Shown in pieces: positions 61,430-64,000 of a stretch of DNA of 64,000 nucleotides. Made by a program: the position numbers and the translations under genes. The notes under the pieces are model-generated. The model saw only the letters and a list, made by a program, of their open reading frames with translations, searched no databases and was not told the origin of the DNA. Numbering within the stretch: position 1 is the stretch's first letter; every line of letters begins with the position of its first letter. The stretch comes from Tricharina praecox (lineage: Eukaryota): NCBI RefSeq assembly GCF_024521635.1, contig NW_026250408.1:1-64000 (forward strand), read 5' to 3'.

Positions 61430-63016
61430 AGAACGATATGGGAGATCCTCACGGAGTTCTGAATTGTTGTTGCGGAGCAATACCATACGGGGGAAAAGTT
61501 AATGGTTGCTAAGTGGCTTTTTGTATTGGAGCCCCATACAAAATGTAATTTCGCTTTGCAACTTCTGCACAATATAACCTCGTACAGTCCCAATGTGATG
61601 AAAGTGGTCAAAGTTTTTATTGATGAAGAATCTTGTGATTCTAACGCTTCTGTGAAAGAGATTGGAACGCACATTCAATCTATTTACGTCTCCACGCGGC
61701 AAATACTGCACACCCGGGCCCAACTTTATCTGGTCAATCGATGGCTATTTGAAGATGCAGATGTACAGGATTGAGATCCATGCAGCTATTGATGACTACT
61801 CAAGGGAAAAGTACCTGGGCTGCATCTTTATCGAACGTGCATCATGACATATACCCGCATGCATACGCACCAGCCACTCTATATAAACTTCCAGCCCTTC
61901 GTCCTGTCCCCCGCGTATTATGTCCGTGTTCATAGCGCTAATAGATACTTGAGATATGTGTTGTGGGTCTATGTAGGAATATCAGCCAAAACTGGTGTGT
62001 CTGTTCTGCGTCAATACCTTGATGTTGTGAGTGCAACGGATACGATACCACATGCCGTTCGTTCGAACTGGGGAACCGAAACTCCTATGCTCGCGAACGC
62101 ACATTTCCTACTTCACCATGCTTTGAACCCGGATGTGACTTTCCAGTCAGTTTACTGGTACGGTACCTCTATGTTGAACCAACGTATTGAAGCTTGGTGG
62201 CGACAGCTAAGCAAATCTCAAACAACAGCGTGGAAGTACTTAGTTACGGCTACCTGTTTTTAGTCACAGTACTGAACTCAACTTACATTCAATAGAATTT
62301 CTTTGATAATCTACGTACCATGGGGCTTTATACTGAAGGCACTGTTGCTGACCAAATTGCACTACTCTATGTTTACCTCTCCACCATTCGGGAGGAGATA
62401 TTAGAGTTTCTTGAGGTATGGAATAACCAGCACATCCGCCGGCAATCTCAGCGTCCCTATCTGCCATTTGGAAAAATTGTGGTCCTCTACTTCACACCTG
62501 TGACTGGTGTCAATGATTACAGCTGGAAACCTGGCAGACAGGTCCTCGAACATTTACAGGCTGATGTAGCTGCATGGGGTATGTCACTGGGGATTAGATA
62601 CCAGACGCGTATAAACTAACTGTCATATGGTAGACCCTGATGAATACCTACCTAATGCCACATTTGCTTGGTGTAAGGAGATGTTGGCATCTATCAGGGT
62701 TCATGGCACTATCAAATTCCGGGACCGAACAGCAGAGCTGGATGCAGTTCATATGCTAGCTTATTGTCATCTACGGTCTCAGCTTCAGCTGCTCCACATC
62801 GAAGGTGCTGTACTTCCGCTATGCACTATTCCAACAGGTGCATATGCATGGCTTCCTAACAATGCGTATGCTAGAAGAGAAGATCATCGTCACGATATTA
62901 CTCCAATCGAGTTGGAGGACGATGATAGAGAGAAAGAACCTCTTTGGGACGTTGATGCAGTCGATCAGGAGGTAGGCCATCATGATAGTTCAGATACAGA
63001 AGGGGATGACTTGTAA
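61430..63016 (+). mobile_element. Decayed IS3EU-like (integrase-core DDE) transposase gene
   Basis: PGPNFIWSIDGYLK..IEIHAAIDDYSR / YVLWVYVG..VRSNWGTET..GTSMLNQRIEAWW..WNNQHIRRQ are motifs of the fungal integrase-core/IS3EU transposase family. The second catalytic D appears as N; splice sites are degenerate; no TIRs identified. Confidence 0.8.
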
Positions 63017-64000
63017 AATACGTAGGTGGAATATAGAATGGAGTCGAGGAGAAGGCTTGAGGAAAATGTGGGTGTTGCATTTGAGGACTCCGGGTCATCT
63101 GCATTATTCCGTATCACTGGAACATCCTTTGTAGCATTCGTTTCCGAAAAAGGCTGGAGGCGGCGCAGCTGGAGGTGGGACTGGAGGTGGGGCAGGAGGT
63201 TGGGCAGCAGGCTGCAATGCATGCGGCACTGCATGAGTCGTAGCAGCAGCGGCGAGGCAGGAGGTCGGTCAGTAGGCATTGAAGAAAGATTTTATGCAGG
63301 AAGTCTCACGGTTAACAAATGCTGTCCCCTTCCTGGCTAGGTATCACTTGGCTACTGAAACTGCAGCCGCCGGGATCCCAGGCATGAATGATCACTCGGC
63401 GCCAAACAGTCCTGTGGTCGCTCTAAGTCCAGGCATGAACAATCACGGTGGGCAGACGAACTCCAGAAGCCGATGAGGAAGATGCAGCAAGCGAGACATA
63501 CGAGTGGGAGCTCAGGGAGCGGGAGGAGAGAGCAGAGCTGAGGCGACTCGAGGGGGAGGAGGAGGAGGAGGGTGCGGAAGTCGAGGCACAGGAGGGTTCT
63601 GAAGCTGAGAAGTCGAGCAATGAAGAATAGCGGGTCTGAAAGTTACAGTGGAGGTAGGGCGGCTAGAGGGCATGGGGGTCAGTGCGAGGACGGGAGCCAG
63701 TGCGAGGTCGGGGGCGAGGATGCGGGGGTGCGGGGGTGCGGGCGAGGATGCGGGCGCGGGGGCGAGGATGCGGGGGTGAGGGCGACGATGTGGGGGTGAG
63801 GGCGAGGATGTGGGGACGAGGATGCGGAGCGGGGGTCGGAGCGAGCGGTGGAGACGGACGCGGCGGAAAACGATCGTTTCCTCCTCCTAGTTTTGTTACT
63901 GCTTGGTGAGCTCACACACTGTTGGGAAAGGCCAGGGGGAGGGCAGGGGAAGCCACATCGGGCCGCCTAATCATGTTTGGGTTGGAAAGTGGCGTGGAAG

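Overview
Eukaryotic, intron-containing fungal DNA (short GT/GC-AG introns with CTAAC/CTGAC branch sites; ascomycete-like, taxon not determinable here). It is an accessory-type region with few conserved housekeeping genes. Left end: a Thr/Pro/Arg-rich orphan gene; a spliced alkyltransferase-like (MGMT/ATL-fold) gene with a PFHR pseudo-active site, divergent from a spliced PemK/MazF-fold candidate; a complete non-autonomous hAT-type element (8-bp TSD) with a nested Tc1/mariner-type element; a standalone five-chromodomain gene; and a GFA/CENP-V gene. Middle: orphan genes, two paralogous atypical C2H2 zinc-finger genes, ankyrin relics, tandem RRM pseudogenes and orphan hAT right ends. Right: an old inverted duplication (~37.7-40.0 kb vs ~55.9-59.8 kb) carrying a tRNA-like Pol III element and a near-identical core. 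It brackets membrane/secreted proteins, a 40-aa zinc-ribbon microprotein, a tandem Pro-rich gene pair and a mini/microsatellite-rich tract. The window ends with a decayed IS3EU-like DDE transposase. All domain calls are by-eye motif recognition, not database results.
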